NCBI GenBank assembly: GCA_047495785.1
Contig: JBLDXI010000020.1
Coordinates: 372,001 to 436,000, forward strand
Origin: Lepidodermella squamata
Taxonomy: Eukaryota > Animalia > Gastrotricha
Reading direction: 5' to 3'
Length of the DNA stretch: 64,000 nucleotides
Shown here: one piece after another, positions 63,564-64,000 of the stretch
Numbering within the stretch: position 1 is the stretch's first letter
How the letters are laid out: each line of letters starts with the position of its first letter
Notes under the pieces: generated by a model
The model's input: the letters and a program-made list of their open reading frames with translations, nothing else
Told to the model about the DNA's origin: nothing
Databases searched by the model: none
Position numbers and translations under genes: made by a program

Positions 63564-64000
63564 ATGCACGCTTTTATATTAATTTTATTTTTGCTTTATC
63601 GAATCGACAATGCCTCAGCTGAGTCTCCTGAGACACTGACAAGGTTTGACATATTTACATGCATTTTTCAAATATTTACCTGTCATTTCAGCAGATATCT
63701 TTTGTACGACGTGAATCCGGTTGAAGGTTTTAATCTGCGGCGCGATGTTTACATGCGCATGGCCAATTTAGTGAAACTCATGAGGAAGAAGGACTCTGCT
63801 TGGACTTTGGTCCTACCTCCTTTTACCAATCTTTATCACTGGCGCTCGATTATTGATCAAGAAAAGCTACCCTGGTCTTACTTTTTTGACGTGGCTAGCT
63901 TAGCAAAACATGTTCCTGTGATTGAATTCATTGAATTCCTGGAAATCGCCAAAGCTAATCCTTTGTCTAAATCAGGCGATGTTTACAACGTAATAGACGA
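63564..64000 (+). CDS. POFUT2: Protein O-fucosyltransferase 2 (5' part, runs off the window)
   Basis: Signal peptide [11 protein letters not shown], then R|[26 protein letters not shown]…WTLVLPP…LYHW. Confidence 0.9.
   Translation, partial: MHAFILILFLLYRIDNASAESPETLTRFDIFTCIFQIFTCHFSRYLLYDVNPVEGFNLRRDVYMRMANLVKLMRKKDSAWTLVLPPFTNLYHWRSIIDQEKLPWSYFFDVASLAKHVPVIEFIEFLEIAKANPLSKSGDVYNVID

Noticed and set aside
1-64000. CRISPR arrays, prokaryotic defence systems, tRNA/rRNA or SL RNA genes
   Set aside because: The sequence is intron-containing animal DNA, and no repeat-spacer array, cloverleaf, rRNA or leader+donor+Sm arrangement was seen.

Overview
This is eukaryotic (metazoan, probably invertebrate) DNA from a very compact genome. 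It holds about 18 protein-coding genes with mostly 45-65 nt GT-AG introns, so the ORF track shows exon pieces. Genes recognised from the protein sequence: MED15, ERAL1, RPS11, an ANO8-like anoctamin, DLAT, CFAP141/C1orf189-like, LRRC63-like, an NR2E3/PNR nuclear receptor, a secreted Cys-rich EB-repeat protein, a CTL/TSP1/EGF adhesion GPCR, MRPL34, syndecan, ZC2HC1A, SORD, SCAPER, CNOT10, GMPR and the 5' part of POFUT2. There are also LINE fragments and MITE/Helentron-like elements. The most notable window-wide signal is that nearly every start codon has a 3' splice acceptor 2-35 nt upstream. Several co-oriented genes also lie only 87-190 nt apart, with the upstream gene's poly(A) signal about 35-50 nt before the next acceptor. 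This pattern points to operons resolved by spliced-leader trans-splicing (inference). Other highlights are a syndecan with a thyroglobulin type-1-like domain on a skippable symmetric exon plus a candidate 6-nt microexon, and an NR2E3 receptor with an N-terminal eh1/SNAG-like repressor motif. All gene identities come from remembered family motifs, not database searches, and exon structures were assembled by eye.
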